A stretch of 64,000 nucleotides of DNA from assembly GCA_963802945.1 (NCBI GenBank), contig CAWDKY010000029.1, forward strand, positions 160,001 to 224,000, given 5' to 3'. This stretch comes from an uncultured delta proteobacterium (GTDB taxonomy: Bacteria > Desulfobacterota > RBG-13-43-22). Position 1 is the stretch's first letter, and each line of letters opens with the position of its first letter. The notes under the pieces are model-generated. The model was not told the DNA's origin and did not search any database. It saw nothing but the letters and a program-made list of their open reading frames with translations. Positions 29,540 through 39,257 of the stretch are shown one piece after another. The translations under genes and the position numbers were made by a program.

Positions 29540-31767
29540 CATATTTTTTCTTATCACAAAACTGAGACCAACACAATCAGCCATTATGGTTTAAACGCAC
29601 GAATTATTTTACTCTTGATCGGCTTGGTTTTCATGCTTTTCGTGGCCGGATGCACGAAAGGAACCTGGAACAACCCCTATCCGCTTCAGGAACGGGGCCG
29701 TAATATTCTCTACTCGGCTTTTTCCGAGCGCCCCAAACATCTCGACCCGGTACAGTCTTACAGCGAGGATGAGGCGGCCTTCAATGCCCAGATCTACGAG
29801 CCTCCTTTGCAGTACCACTTTTTTAAACGGCCCTATACCCTGGTTCCAGCTACCGCCGAAGAAGTTCCACGTCCCCAATTATTTGATGCCGCCGGGCATC
29901 GACTCCCGGATGATGCCGAAGCGGGTAGGGTGGCTTACAGTCTGTACGAGATCAGAATTCGCCCCGGGATCCGTTTTCAACCTCATCCCGCTTTTGCCCG
30001 GGATGCAGCCGGCAATCTGCTTTATCACCATCTGAAGCCCGTTGACCTGAATCCTATCCATACCCTCTCGGACTTCAAATATCAGGGCACCCGCGAACTG
30101 ATGGCCGCTGATTATGTTTACCAGATCAAGCGGCTCGCTCACCCGAGACTGCAATCCCCGATCTTCGGTCTCATGAGTGATTACATCGTGGGACTCAAGG
30201 CCTATGCCGCCCTGCTTAGAAAAGCCAATCAAGAGCTGTTAAAGGCCGGGAAAGGCAATGCCTATCTGGATCTTGACCGGTTTTCTCTGGAAGGGGCAAC
30301 GGTTGTGGATCGATACACCTACCGGGTGAAACTCAAGGGAAAATATCCCCAGTTCGTTTACTGGCTGACCATGCCTTTTTTCGCCCCGGTTCCTCAAGAA
30401 GTGGACCGCTTCTTTTCCCAACCGGGCATGGCGGAAAAAAATTTGACTTTGGATTGGTACCCGGTGGGCACCGGTCCCTATATGCTGACCAAGAATAACC
30501 CCAACCGGCAGATGGTTCTGGAACGTAATCCCTATTTCCACGAAGAGGCCTATCCTTCCGAAGGAGAACAAGGGGACCAAGAGGCGGGGCTTCTGACTGA
30601 TGCGGGCCAGCCTTTGCCCTTTATCGACAAAGCGGTATTCAGTTTGGAGAAGGAAGGAATCCCTTACTGGAACAAGTTCCTGCAAGGTTATTACGACGCT
30701 TCCGGGATCAGTTCCGACAGCTTTGACCAGGCGATCCAGATCTCCAGCACCGGGGATATCGCCCTTACCGATAAAATGAAGGAAAAAGGGATACACCTTT
30801 CCACCTCGGTGGCCCCTACCTACCTTCTATATGGGATTCAATATGTTGGATCCGGTGGTCGGAGGGCATTCGGAGCGGGCCCGCAAATTGCGTCTGGCTA
30901 TTTCCATTGCGGTGGATTATGAGGAGTACATCAGCATCTTCGCCAACGGCCGCGGTATTGCGGCCCAGGGCCCGATTCCGCCGGACATTTTCGGCAACAG
31001 GTCTGGTAAGGATGGGATCAATCCCTATGTGTATGACTGGGTAAACGGCCACCCTAAGCGTAAATCCATAGAGGCGGCTAAAAAATTGTTGGCCGAGGCC
31101 GGTTATCCGGATGGGATCGATAAGGAAAACGGTAAGCCTTTGGTGCTTAACTTCGATGTCACCGCCCACGGCCCTGACGACAAGGCGCACCTTGATTGGT
31201 ATCGAAAACAGTTCAGCAAACTCAATCTTCAACTGGTGGTCCGGGCTACGGATTACAACCGATTTCAGGACAAAATCCGAAAGGGTAATGCCCAGATCTT
31301 CAACTGGGGATGGAACGCCGATTATCCTGACCCAGAGAATTTCCTTTTCCTACTGCATGGACCCCAGAGTCATGTCAAAAGCCAGGGAGAAAACTCGGCC
31401 AATTACGCTAACCCTGAGTACGACCGGCTGTATGAGAAAATGAAAAACATGGAATAACGGGCCGAGTCGCCAGGCTATCATCGATCAGATGATCGAAATT
31501 GCCCGCCATGACGCCCCGTGGCTGTGGGGCTTTCACCCCAAGGAATACCGACTTTATCATTCTTGGATGCTCAACCAGAAACCGAATAAGATGGCGCGCA
31601 ACGGGCTTAAGTACCAGCGCATCGATGCGGGGATGCGGGAACAGAAACGGGCCGAATGGAACCGGCCGGTGCTCTGGCCGATGTTTCTGGTCCTGGCCGT
31701 GTTGGTGGTCACTGCCCTGCCGGCGGTTATTGCCTTTCGTCGCCGGGAAAGGAAATCGGCCCTCTGA
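29516..31767 (+). CDS. Peptide/nickel ABC transporter substrate-binding lipoprotein (two frameshifts; start uncertain)
   Basis: Lipobox VAGC, 'PKHLDP', 'PVGTGPY', 'GWNADYPDPENF'; pieces 29516-30922, 30831-31457, 31489-31767. Confidence 0.85.
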
Positions 31768-32744
31768 TGCTGAACTATATCATCCGACGTGTACTCTATG
31801 CCCTTCCGATCCTGATCGGGGTCAATATCATCACCTTCAGTCTGTTTTTTGTGGTCAATACCCCGGATGACATGGCCCGCATCCATTTGGGGGTGAAGCG
31901 GGTGACGCCGGAAGCCGTTGCCAAATGGAAACAGGAGCGGGGTTACGACAAGCCGCTTTTGTTCAGTGCTTCCGCTCCGGGTACGGCCAAGGTGACCGAT
32001 ACCATTTTCTTTGAGAAATCGATCAAGCTGTTCGCCTTTCGATTCGGCCCGGCCGACGACGGACGCGATATCGCCTATGAGATCAGGAACCGTATGGGAC
32101 CAAGCCTGGCTATCGCCCTGCCAGTATTTCTCCTGGGCCTCATCTGCTATATCTCTTTCGCCCTGATGATGGCCTTTTTTCGGGCCACCTACTTGGATTT
32201 CTGGGGGGTGGTATTGTGCGTGGCCATGATGTCCATTTCCAGTCTGTTTTATATCATCGGCGGTCAATATCTGTTGAGCAAACTCTGGAATCTGGTGCCG
32301 ATTTCCGGGTTCGGCACAGGGATCATGGCCGCCAAATTTCTGATTCTGCCGGTGCTGGTCGGGGTGGTGAGCGGAATCGGCTCCGGCGCCCGCTGGTATC
32401 GCACCATCTTTCTTGAAGAGATCGGCAAGGATTATGTGCGCACCGCCAGGGCCAAGGGTCTGTCGGAATGGCGGGTGCTGTACAAGCATGTCCTGCAAAA
32501 CGCCATGATCCCCATCCTGACCGGGGCGGTAGTGGTCATTCCGGTTCTTTTTATGGGCAGCCTGATCACCGAATCTTTTTTCGGCATCCCAGGGCTCGGC
32601 AGTTATACCATCGATGCCATCAACTCTCAGGATTTTTCGGTGGTCCGGGCCATGGTTTTCCTGGGCTCGGTGCTTTACATCATCGGACTTATTTTGACCG
32701 ACATTTCTTATACCTTAGTTGATCCGAGGATTCGATTAGAATGA
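31767..32744 (+). CDS. Peptide ABC transporter permease (OppB/DppB-like)
   Basis: 'MLNYIIRR', EAA motif 'DYVRTARAKGL', 'DISYTLVDPRIR'. Confidence 0.92.
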   Translation: MLNYIIRRVLYALPILIGVNIITFSLFFVVNTPDDMARIHLGVKRVTPEAVAKWKQERGYDKPLLFSASAPGTAKVTDTIFFEKSIKLFAFRFGPADDGRDIAYEIRNRMGPSLAIALPVFLLGLICYISFALMMAFFRATYLDFWGVVLCVAMMSISSLFYIIGGQYLLSKLWNLVPISGFGTGIMAAKFLILPVLVGVVSGIGSGARWYRTIFLEEIGKDYVRTARAKGLSEWRVLYKHVLQNAMIPILTGAVVVIPVLFMGSLITESFFGIPGLGSYTIDAINSQDFSVVRAMVFLGSVLYIIGLILTDISYTLVDPRIRLE

Positions 32745-33157
32745 AGGATAAAAGAGCAGAATCTAGAATTCAGGAGTCAGAATCCAGAATGAAAAGGCAA
32801 CCGTCAAAAAACTTTAGAGACTTAATTGTCTGGCAAAAGGCCCATCAATTTGTTTTGGCCGTTTACCAGTACAGTGAATTATTTCCCAAGAATGAGATTT
32901 ACGGATTGACATCACAAACAAGAAGGGCTGCGGTTTCGATCCCTGCGAATATTGTAGAGGGTTTCAAGAAGAAAACAAAACCAGATAAAGTGAGATATTT
33001 CAACATAGCCCAAGGGTCACTTGAAGAATGCCGCTATTATTTAATTTTAGCCCAAGACCTTAATTATGGGGATGCCTTACATCTCATAACAAAACTTGAA
33101 GAAGTGAGCAAATTATTGGAATCCTACATTTCTTCTATTCTGGATTCTGACTCCTGA
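32741..33157 (+). CDS. Four-helix-bundle protein (23S rRNA-IVP / bAvd-like); probable true start 32789
   Basis: 'FRDLIVWQKAH', 'FPKNEIYGLTSQTRRAAVSIPANIVEG', 'IAQGSLEECRYYL'. Confidence 0.92.
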   Translation: MKDKRAESRIQESESRMKRQPSKNFRDLIVWQKAHQFVLAVYQYSELFPKNEIYGLTSQTRRAAVSIPANIVEGFKKKTKPDKVRYFNIAQGSLEECRYYLILAQDLNYGDALHLITKLEEVSKLLESYISSILDSDS

Positions 33158-33168
33158 CTTCTGGATTC
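32757..33168. repeat. Inverted heptamer-repeat arms delimiting the four-helix-bundle gene
   Basis: TCAGGAGTCAGAATCCAGAAT (32770-32790) and ATTCTGGATTCTGACTCCTGA (33137-33157) are a 21-bp perfect inverted repeat within 7-mer tracts. Confidence 0.88.
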
Positions 33169-33173
33169 GATTT

Positions 33174-34649
33174 ATGGTCTTTTCATTCAAACCCATCATA
33201 CTCTGGACTGATGCTCTGATTGCTGTTTTGATTTTGGCCGGATTGACTTACGGCTGGACGGTATTGAGACACGAACACTTGCGGGCCCCTTGGAAACGGG
33301 TAGTCCGAAACGCAAGCGGCTTGGTGTCCATGATCGTACTGGCCGTGTTTCTGGTGATCGGTTTGCTCGATACCCTGCATTTCCGCCCGGCTATGGAAAC
33401 CCCAAAAAACGGCGAGAAAGCTTATGCGGTTGAGGTCTTAAGCCTTTTGGATGTGATAGTCGGCCGCTTAAGGCAGAATACCGAAAAGACTTATTCCGCC
33501 CCTTTGGCCACCCATCTTTTTTCCAGAGAAACCGTTGAGCTTCCCGACGGCCGGCAGGTGCGGACCTTTCCCCGCCTGGTTTACGGTGGGGCCCATCTGA
33601 AAAATCCCGATCAGGACAAGGGTAGCGATATCGCCAAACGGGGGGCCTTCGGTTTAATCCTGGCCCTGGTGTTATGGTGCCTGGCCGCGTGTGTTTTGCT
33701 TGGGATTCTTGCCCGCCGTCGAAAAATCGGATTGGCCTCATGCCTCAAGGGCGTATTCCGCGGTCAAGAGGAAATCCCCTGGAACGCCGTCTTATGGACC
33801 GTGCTGGGGCTTTTTCTATTGGCTGTGCCCACAACAGTTCTCAGCCTCAAGTATCATGTTTTCGGCACCGACAAGGTGGGGCAAGATGTGCTCTATTTGG
33901 CCTTGAAGAGTATTCGTACCGGGTTGGTCATCGGCACCCTGACCACCCTGGTGATGTTACCCTTTGCGGTTTTGCTCGGGATCATGGCCGGGTATTTCCA
34001 GGGCTGGATTGACGATATCATCCAGTACATCTACACCACCCTGAATTCCATTCCTGCCGTGCTATTGATCGCCGCCGCTGTTTTGATGATCCAGGTTTAC
34101 ATGGACAGCCACCCCGAACTGTTTGAAACCGCCAGCGCCCGGGCCGACCTGCGCCTGTTGTTTTTGTGCCTCATTCTCGGTGTCACCAGTTGGACCGGAC
34201 TGTGCCGCCTGATGCGAGGGGAATCGTTAAAGCTCCGGGAGATGGAATACATACAGGCCGCGCAGGCCTTCGGCGTTTCCGACTTCAAGATCATCATTCG
34301 ACATATCCTGCCCAACGTCATGCACATCGTGCTGATCGCCATCGTCATGGATTTTTCCGGTCTGGTGCTGGCCGAGGCCGTATTGTCCTATGTGGGTGTC
34401 GGCGTCGATCCAACAATGATCAGTTTCGGTACTATGATCAACAGTGCCCGTCTGGAAATGGCCAGGGAGCCGATGGTCTGGTGGTCTCTGTCCGCCGCAT
34501 TCGGCTTTATGTTCCTGCTGGTGTTGTTTGCCAATCTGTTTTCGGACGCTGTGCGGGACGCCTTTGACCCGAGGGTCCAAACTAGGGCCGTACGACTCCA
34601 GCTCTTTAGGAGACGACCTAAACTCATGGAGAAAGAGACGCATCTATGA
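33174..34649 (+). CDS. Peptide ABC transporter permease (OppC/DppC-like)
   Basis: 'HVFGTDKVGQD', 'EYIQAAQAFG', 'DAVRDAFDPR'. Confidence 0.92.
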   Translation: MVFSFKPIILWTDALIAVLILAGLTYGWTVLRHEHLRAPWKRVVRNASGLVSMIVLAVFLVIGLLDTLHFRPAMETPKNGEKAYAVEVLSLLDVIVGRLRQNTEKTYSAPLATHLFSRETVELPDGRQVRTFPRLVYGGAHLKNPDQDKGSDIAKRGAFGLILALVLWCLAACVLLGILARRRKIGLASCLKGVFRGQEEIPWNAVLWTVLGLFLLAVPTTVLSLKYHVFGTDKVGQDVLYLALKSIRTGLVIGTLTTLVMLPFAVLLGIMAGYFQGWIDDIIQYIYTTLNSIPAVLLIAAAVLMIQVYMDSHPELFETASARADLRLLFLCLILGVTSWTGLCRLMRGESLKLREMEYIQAAQAFGVSDFKIIIRHILPNVMHIVLIAIVMDFSGLVLAEAVLSYVGVGVDPTMISFGTMINSARLEMAREPMVWWSLSAAFGFMFLLVLFANLFSDAVRDAFDPRVQTRAVRLQLFRRRPKLMEKETHL

Positions 34650-36706
34650 CCGCGCCGTTACTTAAAATCGATCACCTGATCACCCGGTTGATCACGGACA
34701 ACGGTGTGGTTCGGGCCGTGGACGGCCTGTCGCTGTCCATTAATCCAGGGGAGACCTTCGCCCTGCTGGGCGAATCGGGTTGCGGCAAGTCCATGACCGC
34801 TCTTTCCATTATGCGTCTTTTGCCTGAGGCAGGCCTTATCCTTGACGGCAGCATTCATTTGAACGGCCGTGATCTTTTAACCCTGTCGGAATTGGAAATG
34901 CGTAACGTCCGAGGCAGACGGATCGGTATGATTTTCCAGGAGCCGATGCTGAGCCTGAATCCGGTCATGACTATCGGGAACCAGGTGGCGGAAATTCTCA
35001 TTCAACACCTCAAACTGCCGGGCCAGGAGGCCATGAAACGCGCTATGGCCATGCTCGAGGCGGTGGGAATTCCCGATGCGGCCCGACGCAGCGGCTATTA
35101 TCCCTTCCAATTTTCCGGAGGCATGAAACAGCGGGTGATGATCGCTATGGCCTTGGCCTGTGAGCCAGCCCTTTTGATCGCCGATGAACCCACTACGGCC
35201 CTGGATGTTACGATTCAAGCCCAGGTCCTCGATTTGTTGCGGCAAATGCAAAAGCGCAGCCGCATGTCGATATTGCTTATCACCCATGATCTTGGGGTGG
35301 TTTCGGAAATGGCCCACCAGGTGGCGGTGATGTATGCCGGCGAGGTGGTGGAAACGGCCGACCGCAAGCGTTTCTTCGACAGCCCGGCCCATCCTTATTC
35401 AAGAAAACTCTTTGAATCTCTGCCCATGCGGAATAAGCGTGGCCGGGCCTTGGCCATGATCAAAGGCAGCGTACCTCCCCTTACCCAAGAATTTTCAGGC
35501 TGTCGCTTTGTAGAACGTTGCGATTTTGGTTGGGATCGTTGTCTTTATCAGGTGCCTCGCTGGAACGAATGGAACCCGGGTCGCTTTGTGAGATGCCATC
35601 TTTATGATGCGGAGGTGAGGGATGAGGGACGAGGGACGAGAGATGAATTTAAGCTCGGACAAGGCCATATTGCTTCAAAAGGCCAAGTTCCAAGCGAGGT
35701 TCTATTCCTCTAAATCGAGTTCAAACCTTCTGACAGTGGAAGATTTACGGATCCACTTTCCAATCCGTAAAGGTCTCCTGAAACGTACAGTGGGGTCCAT
35801 CAAGGCCGTGGACGGGGTATCCCTTTCGATTCCCTTCGGCAGGACCCTGGCCCTGGTGGGCGAATCCGGCTGCGGCAAAACTACTCTGGGCAAGGGTATC
35901 TTGCGCCTCATCCCTTTAACCGGCGGTTCTGTTCTGTTTCAAGGAAAAGATATTTCGTCACTGTCGTCCGCTGAACTAAGACCTTTGCGCCGGGAGTTTC
36001 AGTTCATCTTCCAAGACCCTTATGCCTCGCTTAATCCCCGCCTGCGAATTGCGGAAATCATCGAAGAGGGTATGGCCGCCCTGAGAATCGGTACCGGGGA
36101 AATGGAGATCGAATGGCGCGTATCGACAGCTTGCTTACGAGGTGGGTCTGTCTGGGGCGATCAAATTTCGTTATCCCCATGAGTTCTCGGGCGGGCAACG
36201 TCAGCGTATTGCCATCGCCCGCGTCCTGTCTGTGAACCCTAAACTCATCATTTGCGACGAGCCGACCAGTGCGCTGGATATCTCAGTACAAGCCCAGATC
36301 CTGAATTTGCTCAAAGAACTGCAAGACAGGCACGGCCTGGCCTATCTATTCATCACTCACAATATTTCCGTAGTCGAGTTTCTGGCCCATGAAGTGGCAG
36401 TGATGTATCTGGGGCGCATTGTCGAGCGGGGAACGGTGGATGAGATCCTGGACCATCCACAGCATCCTTATACCAGGGCGCTCCTGTCGGCCGTACCGGT
36501 CATAGATCCGGATACCCATCGGGAGGTGATTCGGCTTCAAGGGGACTTGCCGTCCCCGGCTGATCCCGCCGGCCGGCTGCCATTTCCATCCCCGTTGCCC
36601 CGAGGTCATGCCGAAATGCAAAGTGATCTATCCGGCCCAAAGCCGTTTCAACACCACCCATTCCGTCCACTGCCATCTATACGAGTCTTTTTATAAAGCC
36701 CTTTGA
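34646..36706 (+). CDS. Peptide ABC transporter ATP-binding protein(s), OppD+OppF, probably one fused gene with frameshifts
   Basis: Two Walker A motifs ([16 protein letters not shown]), FSGGMKQR and FSGGQRQR signatures, two oligo_HPY Cys tails; pieces 34646-35713, 35622-36182, 36142-36696. Confidence 0.85.
36584..36690 (+). repeat. 107-bp direct repeat copy 1 (3' end of ABC ATPase gene)
   Basis: 8 mismatches versus 37424-37530. Confidence 0.9.
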
Positions 36707-36721
36707 AGTTTATTTTCTTTC

Positions 36722-36750
36722 TTGACAAATGTAACCTTCTCGGTTACAAA
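36722..36750 (+). promoter_or_regulatory. sigma70 promoter with palindromic operator for higBA
   Basis: TTGACA-17-TACAAA; operator TGTAACC-N5-GGTTACA (36730-36748); ATG follows 6 nt after the -10 box, so likely leaderless. Confidence 0.75.
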
Positions 36751-36756
36751 TTAATT

Positions 36757-37035
36757 ATGATTAAATCTTTTAAGCATAACGGCCTTGAAGATTTTTTCTA
36801 TTCCGGAAAGAAGAAAGGCATAAGGCCTGAACATGCCGACCGACTTGTGATCATTCTTGATAGATTAAATGCTGCCAGTGAACTCAAAGATCTAAGTTAT
36901 CCTGGTTCCGACCTGCACAAGTTGACGGGAGACAAGAAAGGCCAATATGCAGTAAAAGTATCGGGAAACTGGAGAGTTTTTTTCGAATTTTTTAACGGTG
37001 ACGTTTATAGGGTTGATTACAATGATTATCACTGA
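36757..37035 (+). CDS. higB: HigB (RelE/ParE superfamily) toxin
   Basis: 'MIKSFKHNGL', 'LHKLTGD..GQYAVKVSGNWRVFF', 'YNDYH'. Confidence 0.92.
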   Translation: MIKSFKHNGLEDFFYSGKKKGIRPEHADRLVIILDRLNAASELKDLSYPGSDLHKLTGDKKGQYAVKVSGNWRVFFEFFNGDVYRVDYNDYH

Positions 37036-37046
37036 GAGGTAATAAG

Positions 37047-37361
37047 ATGAAAAGAATGGAAAGAAAGCCGACACATCCGGGAAAAATTATTAAAGAAGAT
37101 TATTTAAAACCGTTGTCTATAACGATAAACGACTTGGCCTCAACGCTCGGTATTTCAAGAAAGACCTTATCAAAAATTGTAAACGAGAGAGGGGCTGTTA
37201 CTCCTGGTATGGCCCTTCGACTATCTCGGGCTTTTGAGACTACCCCCGATCTATGGCTTAATTTGCAAAAAAATTATGATTTATGGCAGGCAGAGCATAC
37301 TTCCGTTGAATGGCGAACCGTAAAGCCGATTTCTTCACACTTGATTCACTCCCAGGGATAG
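37047..37361 (+). CDS. higA: HigA antitoxin (HTH-XRE)
   Basis: 'PTHPGKIIKEDYL', 'MALRLSRAF.TTPDLWLNLQ..YDLW'. Confidence 0.93.
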   Translation: MKRMERKPTHPGKIIKEDYLKPLSITINDLASTLGISRKTLSKIVNERGAVTPGMALRLSRAFETTPDLWLNLQKNYDLWQAEHTSVEWRTVKPISSHLIHSQG

Positions 37362-37423
37362 AAAAAACGATGGCTCATTCTTTCCTGACTTCCTGTCCCG
37401 TTTTGATCTCAAGGAGAAACAGA

Positions 37424-37530
37424 TTCCATCCCCGATGCCCCGAGGTCATGCCGCAATGTAAATTGACCTATCCGGCCCAAAGCCGTTTCAACGCCACCCA
37501 TTCCGTCCACTGCCATCTGTATGAGTCTTT
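37424..37530 (+). repeat. 107-bp direct repeat copy 2 (orphaned ABC ATPase 3' end)
   Basis: Encodes [12 protein letters not shown]...SVHCHLYE, duplicating 36584-36690. Confidence 0.9.
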
Positions 37531-37784
37531 GGAAGGGGAGGGTGATTGATATTACATGGGAGGTTTTAGAAATCCAACAGAATGAAAACTTAAAGGGTTA
37601 GAAATTCATTTGTAAAGAAAATGTTTATCATTTATAATGGGTTATCTGGAATTTGACAGGGTTGTCGTGCCATTGGACATTTACCAACAGCCATTGGTCT
37701 TTGTTGCCCACCTCAAGGGAATCCTTTGGGGAGGGCGATTATATAGAAAATTTTTGAATAGCTTATTAGGCTTGGGAGGGACGG

Positions 37785-38978
37785 ATGGTACGAAGAGCTT
37801 TAATTGCGACATTATTCAAAGGCTTTTTTATTCAACGATGGAATGATAAAATTCGCCCTGTAGTGCTTACGGAAATTGATAAAAATGCCCACAAAATGGT
37901 TATTGCTTACTGTCTTGCGAAATATGAAGAAAAAAACCAAGAAGTTAATTGGCATAATATTATCAAAGGGGGAATCTTCGAATTCCTCAGGAGGGTGGTT
38001 ATCTCAGATATAAAATCTCCTATCTACCGAAGCATTAAGTCAGATTATCCTAAGGAGTTTGAAAAGTTAAATGAGTGGGTTTTCTCAAATCTTAAACATG
38101 CATTGGATGAAGGAGAATTCAAGAAAGAACTCCATCAATACCTTCTTAGTGATAATTTAATTGATTCTCATAGCTCAAGAATTCTTGAAGCTGCACACAT
38201 ATTAGCAAGTTACTGGGAGTTTAGGATAATCAAACAAACCAGTCCTGAGGGCTACCAAATTAAAGAAATAGAAGATCTAATGCTGAAGAATATTGGTGAA
38301 TATTTAGATTTAGAAGGCATAAAAAGAATAATAACTAAACAGATGCCGAATGATTTCATTGACCTCGTTGGGCAATTGAGGTTTCAAATTAGGTGGAGTC
38401 AAACACCCAGAATCCCTGAAACTTCCGTCTTAGGGCATAGCATGTTTGTTGCAATCTTGGCGTATTTGTTTTCGAGAGAGATAAATGCCTGCAATAGAAG
38501 ATTAATTAATAATTTTTTTGGCGGCCTTTTTCATGATCTACCAGAAGCCCTTACACGGGACATCATATCGCCCGTCAAGACGGCAACACCCGAGTTGCCA
38601 AACATAATTAAGAAGCTTGAACTAGATTTGGCAGAAAAAGAATTATATAAGACTATTGAACCAGACTGGAAAAAGGAAATACAGTATTACATAATTGAAG
38701 ATGACAAAAACAAAATAACCAAAGACAACAAAACAGTGTATGTTTCAAGTGAAGACATTCAAAGTCAATATAATAACGATACCTACAATCCAATCGATGG
38801 TGAACTTGTCAAAGCAGCTGACCACTTAGCCGCATTTGTTGAAGCCCGTGTCGCCCAAGATGCTGGCATTAGTTCTAAAGAATTAGAAGAGGGCTTACAC
38901 AAACTGAACGAAGATTATAAAGGTAAAATTATCGCGGGAATTGATATTGGCGCAATCTATGCCGATTTTTCAACTTAA
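37785..38978 (+). CDS. HD-domain phosphohydrolase (YfbR-like, tandem domains)
   Basis: 'IQRWND', 'RWSQTPRIPETSVLGHS', 'LFHDLPEALTRDIISPVK', 'VKAADHLAA'. Confidence 0.85.
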   Translation: MVRRALIATLFKGFFIQRWNDKIRPVVLTEIDKNAHKMVIAYCLAKYEEKNQEVNWHNIIKGGIFEFLRRVVISDIKSPIYRSIKSDYPKEFEKLNEWVFSNLKHALDEGEFKKELHQYLLSDNLIDSHSSRILEAAHILASYWEFRIIKQTSPEGYQIKEIEDLMLKNIGEYLDLEGIKRIITKQMPNDFIDLVGQLRFQIRWSQTPRIPETSVLGHSMFVAILAYLFSREINACNRRLINNFFGGLFHDLPEALTRDIISPVKTATPELPNIIKKLELDLAEKELYKTIEPDWKKEIQYYIIEDDKNKITKDNKTVYVSSEDIQSQYNNDTYNPIDGELVKAADHLAAFVEARVAQDAGISSKELEEGLHKLNEDYKGKIIAGIDIGAIYADFST

Positions 38979-39041
38979 GCTTAACAAAGGTTCCAGACGA
39001 CGCGGTCTAAGATCGCCGTGCGCCTGAACTTGTTGTTGGCG
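38979..39041 (+). other. Integron attC-like site 1
   Basis: GCTTAAC-AAAG-GTTCCAGA-CGACGCGG...CCGTGCG-CCTGAAC-TTGTT-GTTGGCG, 63 bp, directly after the stop codon. Confidence 0.7.
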
Positions 39042-39113
39042 CCGCCTTCGACGTCGCCAATGCGGCGTTGCCCCTATCGGGTCCATGTCCCGGTCGGCTC
39101 CGCCGCAGGCGGT

Positions 39114-39203
39114 CGCCAACCAGGCCATTGGACCGCGATGTCCCTCGCTTGCATGGCCTTTGGCCCCGCAAGCTTCGGGCCACGGGTCAACGCCGCATTA
39201 AAA
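39114..39203 (+). other. Integron attC-like site 2 (core G mutated)
   Basis: CGCCAAC-N6-ATTGGACC...GCTTGC..GGCC-TTT-GGCC..GCAAGC...GGTCAAC-N5-ATTAAAA, with a one-base L-box bulge. Confidence 0.65.
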
Positions 39204-39257
39204 AACAGAAAAAAGAATTATATACAATACTCCTGCCAAGTAAGGTAAAATAGTAAG

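Noticed and set aside
32741-33157. Diversity-generating retroelement suggested by an Avd-like protein, an intron remnant and a near-identical repeat pair
   Set aside because: No RT is present. The 36584/37424 mismatches are not confined to adenines of one copy (for example T/C and G/T changes).
39018-39253. Short ORFs across the attC region
   Set aside because: GC-rich palindromic DNA with no RBS or motif, so likely spurious.
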